From contig OZ024747.1 of the NCBI GenBank assembly GCA_964016885.1, forward strand, positions 67,952,001 through 68,016,000: a stretch of 64,000 nt of DNA, in the 5' to 3' direction. Under the pieces are notes generated by a model that worked only from the letters and a program-made list of their open reading frames with translations, did not search any database and was not told where the DNA came from. The translations under genes and the position numbers were made by a program. Positions 25,040 to 40,433 of the stretch are shown here, piece by piece (positions within the stretch are counted from its first letter, which is position 1; the number at the start of each line of letters is the position of its first letter). The stretch comes from Eledone cirrhosa (lineage: Eukaryota).

Positions 25040-26277
25040 CATACATATATATGTTTTTTTAAATCGAAAATCTGGAATTTTATCGTTCATCCTTACCAGT
25101 AATGCACTGGGATAATTGCTGGCCTTGTGCCAAAAGTAGAAACATTTATAGTTAAGATATGTATTTACTGGATTGTTTATTAGTCAATAAAGGATACCGA
25201 CATGGTGTCTCATGAGCATCATAACGATGTGGTATTGCAGACCCATGGGAGAATAATAAAAGAGAAAACAGCCGTGTATAGAGGGGAGGCGTGGTTCCAT
25301 TGAAATACTTCTACAACAATGTCAGATGATATGAGTCAAATAATAAATTGCAAAATGAAATTGACTTCCGTTTGTTTGAAGGATGAGTGTTCCAGTTTTT
25401 CGATTAAAAAAAGTCTGCACGTGAAAATTACCACGTAAGTGGCTAGACATTTCATATACACGTATACCCATAAGAAGGTTTGTGGGGAGAGTGAGAGTGG
25501 TATATTCTCCGTTTATGGCTTTCCCCGTGAATTACAGGTACAATTCATCTAACAGACTTCTAAACAACGTTCCTCCGTCTACCCAGTTTTCTTCACGTGG
25601 TTTATGACAAGCAAAGTAATAGGAAGATAAGGAAGTGAAGGTCTTGACACCAAGACTGTTGGGATAAAGGGAGGAGATCACTCTTCTAGCAGCTGGAAAG
25701 TTCTTTACTCAGGTGCAAGCCTAGGGAAGAAGACACCATCGGAGAGTGTTAAATATTTCGTGACCTATGTATGCCAATCACCCCTCGCTAAGCCACTGTT
25801 TTCCAAGGATAAGACAAAGGACGATACAGCTTGGGTATCAGTTATGTGGAAAGCGAATTTAGAACAGAAAGCGCCGAAAGAGATACAACAAAATATCCCT
25901 TTCGACTCGCTAACAATTCCGTCAACCACCCGGTGTGGATTGCTACTTTATTTATCGACCTCGAAAGGATGAAGGGTAAAGTTGACTTTGGCAAGATTTT
26001 CACGCGATATCATTAACCTAAATCCCTTTATGGCGATAATTCGGCATAAATACAATCCAATAACAGAAACCAGTAAAAGAATAAAAGAATATAAAAATGA
26101 TTGCATAAAAAGTTTCGGATATTAAATTGCTTCTGCGTGTGGCATTCGTTTAAAGTGGGCCGCCAAAGGCTTCCAGACTGCTTATTTTGCTATTATTGTC
26201 GTCTGACAAAATTGAGGAATGTTTTCTTCAAAGTTACACTAAGATCTAGAACTTTTGATCAAATTTAAGATATGAGA

Positions 26278-26308
<31 letters not shown>

Positions 26309-26324
26309 TGTGGATATGCATATG

Positions 26325-26404
<80 letters not shown>

Positions 26405-26600
26405 GCATCTGTATCTATGTGTGTTTGTCAGTGTGAGTACTTGTATATATGTTTTCTTTTTGTGCGTTCGTGTGTGTATGTAGGCTTCTTGATATTCGCG
26501 TATATAAATATACTGCTTGCATATATATATATATATTCATATATATTCATATGTACTCATTTATTTACATCTGTAATTACATACATATGTGTGTGCGTAC

Positions 26601-26660
<60 letters not shown>

Positions 26661-27290
26661 GTGTGTGTGTGTGTGTGCGCGCGCGCGCGCGTATATATAT
26701 ATATATATACATAACACTATATATATATACATAACACTATATATATATACATAACACTAACCCTCAAAATATTCTTTTTTTGCATACATATGTCTTGTGA
26801 CATCGTGGATTTTTTTTCGCCTGGAAATCTTCCTTGATTCTGTGTTGGGAGAAGAACACTATGACGCAACACTAACATGTCCTCTACATGGCGAAGGCTT
26901 GGAAAAGACTGTATATTAGACCAGCACTTTTCCATACTTAATATTTTTCCTCCCCCTACACTAACGATATTATCCAAGGGTCAATAAAGCATCGTCACAA
27001 GAATATTCTAACGAATTTGAAGACACCATCGGAGAGTGTTAAATATTTCGTGACATAATTTCTACTGAAAGACACTTTATAATTTTCATTTAATTTTGAA
27101 AATTTAGAAGAATTATTTAATATAACTAAAATTCTAAGCTACGCTATTCCGTTGGCGAAAGATATGTAATTCGGTTCTCCGTCGGTGGGATGCGTGTAAG
27201 TTGAACCTCCGTCATTTCCAACGATAAATAGAATAACCTGATTGTGAAATTATCGTGTGAGTGACTGAGCATGCCACAGACACCTGAACA

Positions 27291-27756
27291 CAGGGACCTC
27301 GTCTGCCTTAAAAATATGAGGGGGACAAACCAACATTTGTTGATTCTTAAAGGAGCATGTTAGTATTGCTTATGGCACCTTTCCCGGACCCTTCACATAA
27401 GTACCATTTTACGCTAATTAAATTTTATATATTCAAATGAAGTTCAAATATAAAAAAATAAGCTTAAAAAGAATTTATTTTATCAAATAAACAAAATTTT
27501 TAATTTTCAGCAAATGGATGAAAATATCGAGCGAACAAAATTGAGTACCGATTGCAACTTAGGGTGTATATATATTCATATAAATATATGCACGTAAATA
27601 AACATGTAAAAATATGTATGACTTGTTAGTGGGATTTTCTTTGTTTTTTAATTGGGAAAAAGTAGGGCGGACAAAAGATGGTTTGTCCACCATTCCTGAG
27701 AAAGTGGGGAGGGGGGGGGCCTTGTCTGCTGGAACCCCCCTTAAACAAGGCCCTTG
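27291..27756. mobile_element. Possible hAT-type MITE inserted in a SINE
   Basis: Imperfect TIR (cagggacctcgtct / caagggccttgttt) and near 8-bp TSD cctgaaca/cctagaca; SINE family 2 sequence on both sides. Confidence 0.4.
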
Positions 27757-28278
27757 CCTAGACACTTAACGTTGATCTCAGGAAGATTCAGTATAATATA
27801 GAACCTGAAAAGTTTGTCACCCCCCTTTGAATTACAGGAACAAACTCATTTTTGCTAGCTGAGTGGACAGGAATAACGCGAAATAAAGTGTTTTACTCAA
27901 GGATACACATTGTCGGGAATCGAACTCATCACCATAAGATCATTAGCCGAACAATCTAATCGTTAAACAACGCACATTCATTTCTGCAGTATTTTCGTTA
28001 GTTATCGTCTATAACGTTTAACCCTTACTTGTTGTTTTTTTTAATTTAACCCATGAAGGTGGAGTAGGTCTTGTAACAGATGGAGATGATTCTAGAAGTG
28101 GCGGTTTATACAGTTGACGTTTGTCTTGAATTACTTCGCACTTATGTCTCTAGTGAAATCTTCAACAGAAAGGATATATATTTCTATGTATGTATGCGCG
28201 CGTTTGAGCGCGTATATATGCATACATTTATATAGGAATGCCTGTAGTGTAAACGTGGGCGCAGAAAAACATATACAC

Positions 28279-28310
<32 letters not shown>

Positions 28311-28364
28311 ATATACATAAGTCCCAAATTAAAACGTGGGACAACGAGAGACACAGAATTTGAT

Positions 28365-29254
<890 letters not shown>

Positions 29255-29335
29255 TGTTCTCGTTAAGAATAGGAAACAATTAATTATCAATAGCTGAATT
29301 TTGCTGAACATGCAATAGGGCACAACATTTATGAT

Positions 29336-29394
<59 letters not shown>

Positions 29395-29865
29395 TGGGTG
29401 GGTGAGTATGCGTGTGTTTTTCTGTATGTGCATTCATGTGTGTTTTCACAGATCCTGATAGTCGATTGTCTCAGCAATATCCTGGGAGGACATTGACTCT
29501 GCAGCGGCCGCCTGAAACATCATGCTCATTAACGCAATGTTTCCTCTGAAACAGTTGTACAATTATTTTACATATGTTGTTTTATGTTTCGGCGGGTGGG
29601 AGGGTGCACTCTGCACATGCAACCAGTACTCGTGTATGTTTAATTACAGTGTTTAGGGCTTTGTTCACTTGATCTGACCTACTATTTAAGTAGCGAAAAA
29701 ATAGTAATTTATACAATACAATATTTTCAATAACATATATACATATATATTGTCTTTTATTATATGTACTTATCCACTACTGAAGGTGACAGTATGCTAG
29801 CTATGAGAAATACCGTCCTGGTCAAAATTCAATGTTCCCTTTTTAAAGAATTCACTACACAATCA

Positions 29866-29912
<47 letters not shown>

Positions 29913-30823
29913 GATTGGTTAATTATTTATGTTTGTTTAATAACGGTCTGGTTGAGTGCTTAATTCAGTTTGTGTATGGAACTTTTTCCCTTGCTCATAA
30001 TTTGAATTTGACCGCCACAAACCGGGGTTAGCTCCCTTTGGAGTAACATGTGCCATCACAACCGGATTTGTGTCAGAACGAAAATCTGTTGAGAAAATAA
30101 ATCCACTGTTCGATCTTCCAGAAACTTAACTTGTATACACTACAAGAGGATTTTGTTGATTTCGGATTTACAGAAACCTAATTGAGATATTGAATAATTT
30201 CGAAGTGATGGTCCAGGTTTGTTATATATATATATATATAAAACATGTCTATAGAATCACAAGATAAAATATATACTATTTCCTCTCCCAATTAGCATAA
30301 TTAACTATATAAAAAATCGAATAGACCAGGCTATACGAATGAGGCTTCTATGAAGGAATCTCCGACAAATAACCAAAACTAGCGCTTCGTGTCGGCCGTA
30401 GCGGAATATTTATATATATATATATGTGTGTGTGTGTGAGTGTGTGTATTTTTTCCCGCGAGTCAGTTCTGTCGTTGCTACAGACCCCGCGGCTGAATTA
30501 CCGGTCGCTATCTTCAATTTGCAAAGCCCTTTAAACTGTATGTTATTACTCTGAGGTCTATACCTTGTCGAGTGCTTGGCTGCACTGCTGAAGGCATTCG
30601 TCGGCTTAGCTGCGGATCGAGCTTCGAATACACTGTACTTTCATTTATATATATATATATAGGTTATTATGTGAGTTTGGATGGGACCACCATGTAAACT
30701 CTCATATCAGAATACGTGCCGATTAAGAGTCGGGATCCGATCACATGATCAAACCCGAACTGATCGATATAGAAATAATTGTAATATGAAATATAGTTTC
30801 ACTAAAAGCTGCAATTCTTATAT

Positions 30824-30859
<36 letters not shown>

Positions 30860-30873
30860 TTCGGATCTAGATG

Positions 30874-31090
30874 TCGAAACGGCCGGAGCTCAGTCACGTC
30901 GGGGTCCTGCCGGATGGCTGGAACAGGTAAACGAGTAAAAGAGTATTAGTGGAAATAGAGGATCTACCGCGAGCTCGGCGTTTTCGGCTTGTTGCCTCTT
31001 CTGTAAAAAGATACCCACTCTACATCTTACCAAGTATCGAGTAGTTCTTTGAATTGTAGTCTCCTCGGTCCCAGTATCGCATTCTATCAA
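30874..31090 (+). mobile_element. Diverged relative of the PLE pLTR end
   Basis: gtcgaaacggc..gagctca..gtcggggtc and tacccactctac...aagtatcgagta are shared with 2879-2954; ends in (TA)n. Confidence 0.7.
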
Positions 31091-31593
31091 TATATATATA
31101 CATATATGTATATATGTGTGTGGATGTGTGTGTGTGTTTGTGTGTACGCATGTGTATGTGTATGTCTGTGTGTACTATGTATGTTGTATTATTTGGAGGT
31201 GTACACTTCACCTGTATACAGCACGACTCATGTAATACAACAGAGAAACAGAGACGTTTTATACTTCAAACTAGAGCAGGGCTCTGTAAAGTCGATATCG
31301 AGCGCATTTGCATACGGAGCGGTAACCAGCTAGGCTTAAATTTCAAAAAGTTGTATTGATACTCCTACATAGCGGTATATATATATAAATGTACGTATTG
31401 TATATTGCATGTTATGCAAACATGCATGCAAGGTCCCGTAACTGCTGGTAGAGTCGCAGGGGCGCCGTATTGACATACAGTGTCTCTTGGGTATTTTAAG
31501 CCTGGCAGAGATATAGCAGATTTCTTCCAGAGAAAGATATAAAGTCAGAGAGAGAGAGAGGGGGGGGGAATGAGAAAGATATATAGAGGAATA

Positions 31594-31750
31594 ATCGACC
31601 CAGTACTAGACTGGAACTTTTTTTATCGACCTCGAAAGGATGAAAGGCAAAGTTGACCTTGGTGGGACTTTAACTGAGAGAGCAGAGAGTCGGAACAAAT
31701 ACCATAAAGCATTCTATCCGCCGTTCTAACGACTCTGTCAATTCGCCGCC
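31594..31750 (-). mobile_element. tRNA-derived SINE (family 1, diverged)
   Basis: tttatcgacctcgaaaggatgaaaggcaaagttgacc body. Confidence 0.75.
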
Positions 31751-32068
31751 TATTGAATAATATACAGGAATATAAATAGGTTTCATCAGCTCATAAACAT
31801 AAGTAGAAATCTATAAGATTTTATCTTACTTTAGCTTCAGAAAAAAACAGGGAGATATGCAATCTCGATAAACACTAATAGATGAGAAACGATGACATCA
31901 TTGATTACTTCCCCCTGTTTGTGCTGAGACCAGGTGTGTGACGAAGGTCACAAGCTTAAAAGTTCATAGCGAAAGGCCTTCAAATGTTTTTCATAAAGAT
32001 CCTGTACCTCATTCAGTATACAATACGAACATACATATAAATATATGTTTGTGTGTTTGTGTTTCTAT

Positions 32069-32146
<78 letters not shown>

Positions 32147-32889
32147 TTTATATATGTTTTTATGTACATATAGATTTTGTGTCAGTGTGAGAGAGAAAGA
32201 GAAAGAGAGAGAGAGAGTATGTGTGTGTATGTGTGTGTGTACATATGCGTTTGCATATACACATATTGCGTTTTACCTGTGTTTTATTTCAGGAGCTTTC
32301 CCATCTCGTATCTTTATCCCGAATACATCTCTTTCTTTCGGGTCTATTGCTGCACTGGAAGAGTACTCTCTCTTAGTATTCAAAAGTCAAAGACAATTAG
32401 TAAACAGCTGACGAGCGGGAAATCTTCGTGCATTCATCTTCACGAAGTTTTCTGCAACCTTTGGTTGTGCTATATATTAATTGAAGATCTATTTATATAT
32501 GAACTTTCGTCACACATTCTGTGACTTTCTCAATGATTATTTTGGCCCTCTGTTTCTCCTCATCATTTTGATTTTATTCTATTTACTTCATTTGGTTCTA
32601 GATACTCCTTCTTTTAATCACATGACCAGCAAATTCTAAGAGAAGGGCAGGTCAATTAAATCAAGTCCCAGTAATTGACTGGTAATTTTAACGTTCCTCT
32701 CAATCTATAACCATTAAATAAATAAAAACTAATAATTTAATATATAAATAATTAAAGGTTTCAGTGAACCTAAAAATCACTCAAGATGGGCGAAAGAAGC
32801 CGCATGTAATTCGTGAGCCACAGATGTCCAATCCTGCTATAATGTTTCTTTTGTTAGAACATCAAACAAAACCGCTCTACATTTAGTTA

Positions 32890-33441
32890 CGGCCCTTAAT
32901 GCTCTGAGTTCAAATCCCACGGAGGTTGACTTTGCCGTTAATCTTTTCAGGGTTAATAAGATAAAGTGTCAGTCATGCTCAATAAAATAGATACCAGTCA
33001 AGTGCTGGGGTCAATTTAATTGACTCTCTCTCCCCATGAAAATTGATGGTCTTGTGCCAAAAGTAGAAACAATTTATAGTTAGGGAGATCGATAAGCAGA
33101 ATGATTAAAATATCGAAGAGAATGCTTTGTGGTAGTTAGGCTCACTGAGTTCTGAGTTCGAATTTTGCAGCGATCAACTTCGTTTTTCATCCTTCCGTGG
33201 TCGCTAGGATAAAGTAATAGTCAAAATTTGGGGTCGATTTAATCAACTTTCAATTCCTTACAAAACTCATAGTCTTGTGCTTATATTAAAAACCATTATT
33301 AAAAGCTACGGCCCTTGCCATTCTGAGTTCAAATCCCGCCGAGGTTAACTTTGCCTTTCATCCTTACGGGGTCGATAAAATAAAGTACCAGTAATGCACT
33401 GGGTAATTGCTGGCCTTGTGTCAAAAGTAGAAACAATTATT
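32890..33441 (+). mobile_element. Three tandem family-1 SINE copies
   Basis: ctgagttcaaatccc/ctgagttcgaatt at ~32904, ~33152 and ~33323, each followed by the shared body and ...aaagtagaaacaatt-type tail. Confidence 0.8.
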
Positions 33442-33991
33442 AAAAGCTAAACCAACAAGTTCTTCACACATCCATTGCTGTAAAACCTTGGACACATCAC
33501 CAATATTACATATTGGAGCTACTGGGTGTTTTAGTGACCCAGCCCAGACTGATCAAGCCTTAACATGTGTCCAAGTAACATATATACTTAATGACCCCAC
33601 CAGACACATCAGTCATAGCCATCTAAGATACCATTTCTGCTGCTTCCATGTATTTTTTTTATGAATCTCTTTCGTGGCTCTAGCAATATCAAACAATACA
33701 TCTATGACGTCTGTGATATTATTTGGATAGTATTATGATATCACTTTATGTTATTCTATTATTTACTCAGATTACTATAAGCCACATGTAGGTACTGCAA
33801 CGACTCAATACCCACAGTGTAACCGAATACTCCGTTATATTATGCAACAGTATAATTCGGAACTATTTGAAAAGGAATTTGAAGTCTAGGGTTTCCACTG
33901 CCGTCTACTACAAAAAGAACAGGAACAGCCTTTTCAGAAACGCCCCCTTCCAAAATTTTATTTAATAAGAATATCATTGATATGCTTACTA

Positions 33992-34090
<99 letters not shown>

Positions 34091-34190
34091 ATATATATAT
34101 ATGTAGGAGGTGAGTTTTATTGTAGCACAATAAAGCAATGCAAATATCGGATAAGTAGCACTCTACAGTTTGTAGGACTGGAGTATAAAT

Positions 34191-34456
34191 AATATAAGAT
34201 CAAAAGATGTTAAAAGAGTTCCAAGTATTTTATTATGCGCATTTCAAAAACAAATATCATCATGGGATGATATCTGCGTTCTCATCAGATATGTTGATTT
34301 AAAACTTCACTATTCACAAGTGTTTTTTAAGCTTCATATCATGTATCCCTATTTTATCTGATGAGAACGCAGATATCACCCCATGATGATATTTGTTTTT
34401 GAAATGCGCATAATAAAATACTTGGAACTCTTTTAACAATCTTTTGATCTTATATT
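34191..34456 (+). mobile_element. Fold-back PLE 3' end in (TA)n (same family as 60800-63045)
   Basis: 34191-34291 is the reverse complement of 34355-34456. The forward part matches 62873-63042. Confidence 0.9.
34352..34418 (+). ncRNA. Type I hammerhead ribozyme (mirror copy on minus at 34228-34291)
   Basis: TTTTAT CTGATGA GAAcgCAGATATCA...TGATATTTG-TTTTT GAAA TGCGCA TA ATAAAA; palindromic stem III; AUA site. Confidence 0.82.
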
Positions 34457-34468
34457 ATATTTTGATCT

Positions 34469-34568
<100 letters not shown>

Positions 34569-35158
34569 GGGAGGGGTATAAATTAATATATAATATTATA
34601 TACATACATGATGGTTGCAACTCGATTTCGTGTAAAGCCATCATACTTAAGCATGAACATCACGGAAGTGGCTTTTAGTCTCGCTAGGAACTTGCCTATG
34701 GCCAGCAATACCATGCATCGCGATGCCTGTCCTTGAGGCTCTTTTAAGGAAGTAAAGGCTTTGCACGGGGCAAATCCCACTCTCTGAACATAGATATAGA
34801 GAGGGGGAGAGTTTGGTGTTAATTGATATAGAGAGGGGGATTGGAAGAGAGTTCCGTGTAGTAGATAGATAGAGAGAGAGGGGGGAGACTGAAAAAGGGT
34901 ACCGAGTAGTAGATATATATTTCTATTTATTTGCCACCAGGGCATCAAAGATTGGGACAAATACAAAGGGGGGAGTTTACATACATTTAAAAAGACGTGT
35001 AAAAAACATATAACAAATTAAATTTAACAATCGATGTCCTCAATAGGGAGGGGCGTTGACATGGGTCGCACACACCCCCGAAAAAATGTGCAACCCTCCT
35101 CTTCAGGAGCACAAAGAGCGGGTGCTTCCTTCCTCTTCTCATTCTTCTCCTCTCTCAC

Positions 35159-38100
35159 CTACAGACTGATATAGAGAGAAGGCCCATTCACTCGGGCCAT
35201 TCTCGCTACTTTCACCCATCTTTCATAAAACTTGCTGGGGTAGAGCACCTCTCTCTCCATTCTGATCCTTCTTCTAAAGTGGTACTTGAAAAAAAAGACC
35301 AGTTGTTGGCCGGAGAGAAAGGTGTCTGACCTCAGCCCTTTCAACCTTGTCCACCATACAACTTCTTTCGCCATGGCTATCACACAGAGGAAAACCGCCT
35401 CTCCTTCGTATTTGAAAGGCGGAGGCGGTTTGATTGTGACAATGTTCTCGGTGGTCAACCGGATTGGTCCCACCCGCGACAGTAATCGTTCTACATAGCC
35501 CCACAGGTCAGCAACGCCCGGGCAGTGTACGAATGCGTGTGCGACGGTTTCCTCATCACGCACGCATCTTGGACAGATCTTCTTCGAGGGGTCCCTACCC
35601 GGGCGCCCGTGTCTGTAGAGCTTGTCCCGAACGGGTAGATCTCCTCGGTAACATTGCCAAGCCAGGGACTTTTGGAAGTTGTCCATCGGTCCCGGGCCAA
35701 ACGTCCTACCGAACAGACTGGCCAGCTCGTCTTCCTCCATGCCCAGAGCCTCTCCGAGAGCGTCGTCGCACTTACTGCGCACCAACCCTCTATAGAATGT
35801 TGAGGTTGACTCTCCACTGATTGCCGGATCCGCTTGCCAGAGGGCCGTGAGCGTCTGGGCACATTCAATGTGCCAGTCACCCACTTTTCTCGGTCTTTGC
35901 TTGACACAGGATTGCAGCTCGGTGAGTGAGACGAGTCTCGGAAAGGCTCGCCTCACAAACAGGGCCCACACCGGCTGACCGGTGATGATTACCCCAAGGT
36001 GCCGTAGCCTTAATGCGTGTCTGCGCATCGTCAGCCACGGCATCCTCAGCCCTCCGTTCGAAGGGTGTTGACAGCAGATGGATCTTCTCACCAAAGGAGC
36101 CCGCTTCTTCCAAAGAAATCGGAAGAGCGCGCGCTCCATTTTGGCGAGTGTTTTCTCTGGGCAAGGCACGACGGTCAAGCGGTAGTAGATGACGGACGCT
36201 ATATAAGCGTTCGCCACCCCCGCTCGACCTTTCAGGGATAGTTTGCACTCGGCCCACTTCTGGGCGAGTGCAAACACCTTGTCCGTTACCTCGTCCCAGT
36301 TTTTCTCCACCTGGAGGTCCGGTCCGAACCAGACCCCGAGCAGCTTCACCGGTCCCTCCGTCCAGCGTCCGACGATGCCGTCGGAGGGCATCGTTTTGCC
36401 CCTCCACGTCCCGAGTTGCAAACCGACGGACTTGTCCCGGTTCAGCTTGGCTCCTGTGAACCTTTCATATTCCTCCAGTAAGGTGCCGATCTGCCTGATT
36501 TCCGAGGCGCACGACACCATTACTGTCACGTCATCGGCGTAGGCCGACACCGCTTTCCGCAATCCCGGTTCCAAGGGGATGACCTGCAACAGCTCCAGCT
36601 TCCGCAGTAGTGGCTCGAGAGCCAGCACATACAGGAGGGAGGAGAGAGGGCATCCCTGTCGAATGGATCGCGTGATTTGGAACGGCTCCGAGAGGTAGCC
36701 GTTCACCTTGACCCTCGAGCAGGTGTTGCTGCTGTGCATTGCAGCAATCCAGCCCCTGAAAACGAGTCCGAAGCCTGCCGCCGCGAGCACCGCATCCAGG
36801 TACCGATGGTCAACCCTATCGAACGCTTTAGATTGATCCAAGTTGATCAGGGCCCCACCAAAGCCGGGTTCGTTCCCTACCCTCTCTACGATGTATCGCA
36901 TGAGGTGGAGGTTGTCGTGTATGGACCTGGACGGGATTGCGCATGTCTGCGCATCTCCCACCAGGTTCCCGACGACAAGCGCCAACCTCTTCGCTAACAC
37001 CTTGGCCAAAATCTTTAACTCTGTGTTTAGCAGAGTTATGGGCCTGAAGTTATCTATGTCATCCCCCTTGTTCTCGTCCTTCCTCACCAGCGTGACTACG
37101 CCCTTGGTCACAGAACTGGGAATTCTCCCGTTCTGTTGCCAGTTGCAGTAGACCGCCTCGAGAAGACCGGAGAACAAGCCCGGCATCGCTACATAAAGTT
37201 CGTATGGTAGACCATCGAGACCCGGAGATTTGCATTTGCCGCATTGGCTCAGCGCTTCCCCTATTTCAGCGGCTGAAATCGGCCTCTCGCAGGACTTCGC
37301 CTCCCCGTCCGAGAGCCGCGCCAGACCGTCGAGGTATGGACCGAAATCCATGGCCCCACCCAGCCCGCCGCCCCTCCCGAACAGTCGTGCAAAGCGCCGT
37401 TGAAAGGCCGCGCTCATCCGCTCAGGTTCAAGGATCACGCGTCCATCCTGGTCCTTCAAAGACCGAATCGTGGACTTGTTTCCTCTTTTTGCTTCTGTCA
37501 CTCGGGCCCAGCTAACAGCTTTGGCTCCCTCGTTACCCAGAGCACGTATTTTACTCCTGACAACGCAGCCCTCGTGCTTCGCATCAAAGAACTGGTCTAG
37601 GGCCGTTCTTGACGCCAGCACGCTGGCCACGTTGCCACTCCTAATCGCTTCTACTCTATTTGTTAATTCCCTTTCAGTTCTATTCCTATCTGATGCTAAT
37701 TCCCGACTAAAACCTATCGATTCTATTCTAATTTCTCTGTTGAGAGAGCCCCACCACCTGTTGTTGACAATTTCCCCCGTCAAACGCTGCTTAACTAGTG
37801 TGCTAATCCGCTTACTGTAAGCTTTGTTTGTCGGTAAAGACAAATTTAGCTTCCAGTAACCGGGTCCCTATCTATGAGTTCTATCAAGGTTGACCACTCC
37901 GGTCACCAACTTGTGATCCGAATAGTCAACCATGAACATTCGTGGACAGCTTAATATGTCCCTATCCTTATTTCTAACTCGGAACCTATCTAGGTACGAC
38001 CTAGATGTACCGCTGCGATTACTCCACGTCCACCGTGGCACAGTCGGAAAATCTAGTCGATATCTATCGGCCAGATCAAATCGGCCGATTAATCGTTTGA

Positions 38101-38591
38101 GGCTGTTACACCCCCTCTATCGGGACATGCCCCTACATAGTCCCAACGTGCATCCAGGATACCATTCCAGTCCCCCACTAAAAGCAAGGAGCGAGACGTT
38201 CCCAGGAAATTCTCCAGGCGTCGGAAGAAGTCCGGTCGCGGTGTCCCAGATGGGGTGTACGCTGCCACCAGCCTGAAAGCTCCACCTTCACCACTGCCGA
38301 CGTCTAAAACCACCAGTCGACCCTCCGGGTCCAGGTGTACCTTCTGTGTGGCAAGACCCAGGTATTTTCGCAGCAGAACGACAACCCTACCCCACCCCTC
38401 GGCTGACAGAGAGATGCGTAGATCTCAAAGTCGTCGAAGATGGGGGCCAGTTGGCGCTCGCTGCTGATCCTGGACTCGCAAATAACCATTACATCCATTC
38501 TGTGCGACCTGAGGTCATTTAAGAGTTTGCCCTGTTTCCAGGACATCCCCAAGCCGCGTGCATTCACACATCCAACTCTTATATTGGCCAT
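35159..38591 (-). pseudogene. LINE ORF2 (APE endonuclease frameshifted; RT region 35159-37843 open)
   Basis: MANIRVGCVNARGL, VGDWN, SDHKLV, stop before GPGYWKLN; KSPGLDGL, NFRPITLLN, LDQSKAFDRVDH, RQGCPLS, YADD. Confidence 0.92.
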
Positions 38592-40433
38592 GTTGGTGCT
38601 GAAGAGGTAAAAAGGAAGAGGAAAGGAAATTACCTACCTCTTCGTCTCCTGGGGACCAGGCTGCACAATTTCCATGGGGGGTGTTGGAAGGGTTGTTTGG
38701 TGGGGTGGTGGTTTGTGGTGGGGTGAGGACATCAGTGTGTGGTGGGATTAGGGTGTTTGGTGGGGTGTGGGTGTCTGGTGTGGGGGTGGGGAAACATCTC
38801 AATAGAACGCTGTTATGTGGTTTGGTGCAGTTGGTCCCCACATGCATTGGATGGTTCTTTTTCAAAGTTACATAGGTTTCCGTTGGGACGCTAATCATCA
38901 TTAGGTGCGGTTTGGTCGCTGCGTAGGTGAAAGTGATCCCTTCGGTTTCCACCGAAGGGTTATTTTCTATCGCTTTCATCAACGTTTTATTGTTCTTGTT
39001 AATGTATGTATAGAGTTTTTGTTGTATTGTGTTTGTTTTTGTTTGTTGTTCTTGTGCGTGTTTGCGTTTTGTAGTACGTGTTATGTTTTGGGGAGGGGTG
39101 GGCTTTTTTATTTGTGATGTTTGTTCTGTTTGTGCTGGTGGTTGTGTGTTTGTGGCATTTTTGTTAATGTGGTGCCTTTTTTTTTCCTTTTCACCTGTTG
39201 AAAGGGTTCTCCCTCGTCGTCACTGGGTGACGTTCATACGGAGTCCTCTTCCGTGTTGTTGGGGAGGGGTATATTTTGGGGTTTTGTTGTGGTTGCTTTT
39301 GTATTTGTTTTAGATGGGGAGGGGTTGGGTGGAACAGTGTTTTGTGTTGTTATTTTTCCGTGTTGTTGTTGTTGTTGTGGTGGTGGTGGTGGTGGTGGTG
39401 GTGGTGGTGGTTGTGTTGTTGTGTTCGGGGTTGGCAGAAGAGCCTTTTTTTTTTTACTCGTTAATTGAGGACAGGCAGCCCTCAGGTGACCCCTGCTTAA
39501 GCAGTGGTAACATGACGGCCGCCTTCCCTCCACTGAAATGTTTATATAAGTTAGCCTTCCAGAGGCACGCGTTGTGGGATATTCGCTATTCGTTCTGGGC
39601 TCATTTGCACCAGAACTTCTACGCTGGTCCCACCAAATACACCTCCGGAGGACTTTCCTATTGACATTATCTTGTCTTCGTCAAAGTTTATTATTCCACA
39701 TAGTATCCACCAAATGTTTACATTTGGTGTGATACTCATTATTTTTATTCTTTGTGTCCTTTTCCCCCTGTATGTGGAGAAAAAGGTGAAGCGGGGGGAC
39801 ACAATGGGTGATACCGAGTACTTTTGAGCTGTTGACTGGTTGTTCATTAGCACCGAAATGCTACCAAACAGTTTACCTTTTTGTATGACGGTTAATCCTT
39901 CATTGCATCTTTTAGAACCAGCGCAATTTCATTTTGTGATAATTGAGCTGGTTTTCTTGTTTCGTTCGATATTGTCCTGAAAACCACAGTTTTCAGGACA
40001 GCCTCTCTACGTAATTCCTGTGGAGAATTGATGCTAAAAGCACTGTTTTCGCCAAAAGTCACGAATTGTTTTGCGTCTTGTAATAGTTGTTTAGCATTTG
40101 TTGTCTATTGGCGTGTATAGTTCGTTTTTTTTTTACGGTCTGTGCGAATGTTGTTTTGGTGTTGTCTTTTTTGTTACTGTCACTGTTGGTAATATTGTTC
40201 ATGTTTTCCTTGGTGTTGCTATTGTTGCAGTTGTTGGTTGTGGTGTTATTGTCATTGTTCTTGTTGTTGGTGCTGGTATTATTTACCGGGTTTGGTTTCG
40301 TGGTTTCGATATTTTTCACGTTTTTCGATGATGCGAGGGGGGAAGGCTGCAAGCTTTGTACTCCTACCTTCCCTCCACCACTTTTCTTAGTGGGCGTGGC
40401 ACTCACGACAGTGTGCGAGGTGTAAATGGCATC
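38515..40433 (-). pseudogene. LINE ORF1 (gag-like), disrupted
   Basis: Asn/Thr-rich N-terminus, zinc knuckle CYHCLSRGHLRAAC, Pro/Thr-rich tail; split over several frames directly upstream of ORF2. Confidence 0.75.

Noticed and set aside
30455-30820. GC-richer islands between (TA)n that might be ribozymes or exons
   Set aside because: No hammerhead core, ORF or splice pattern could be supported by eye.
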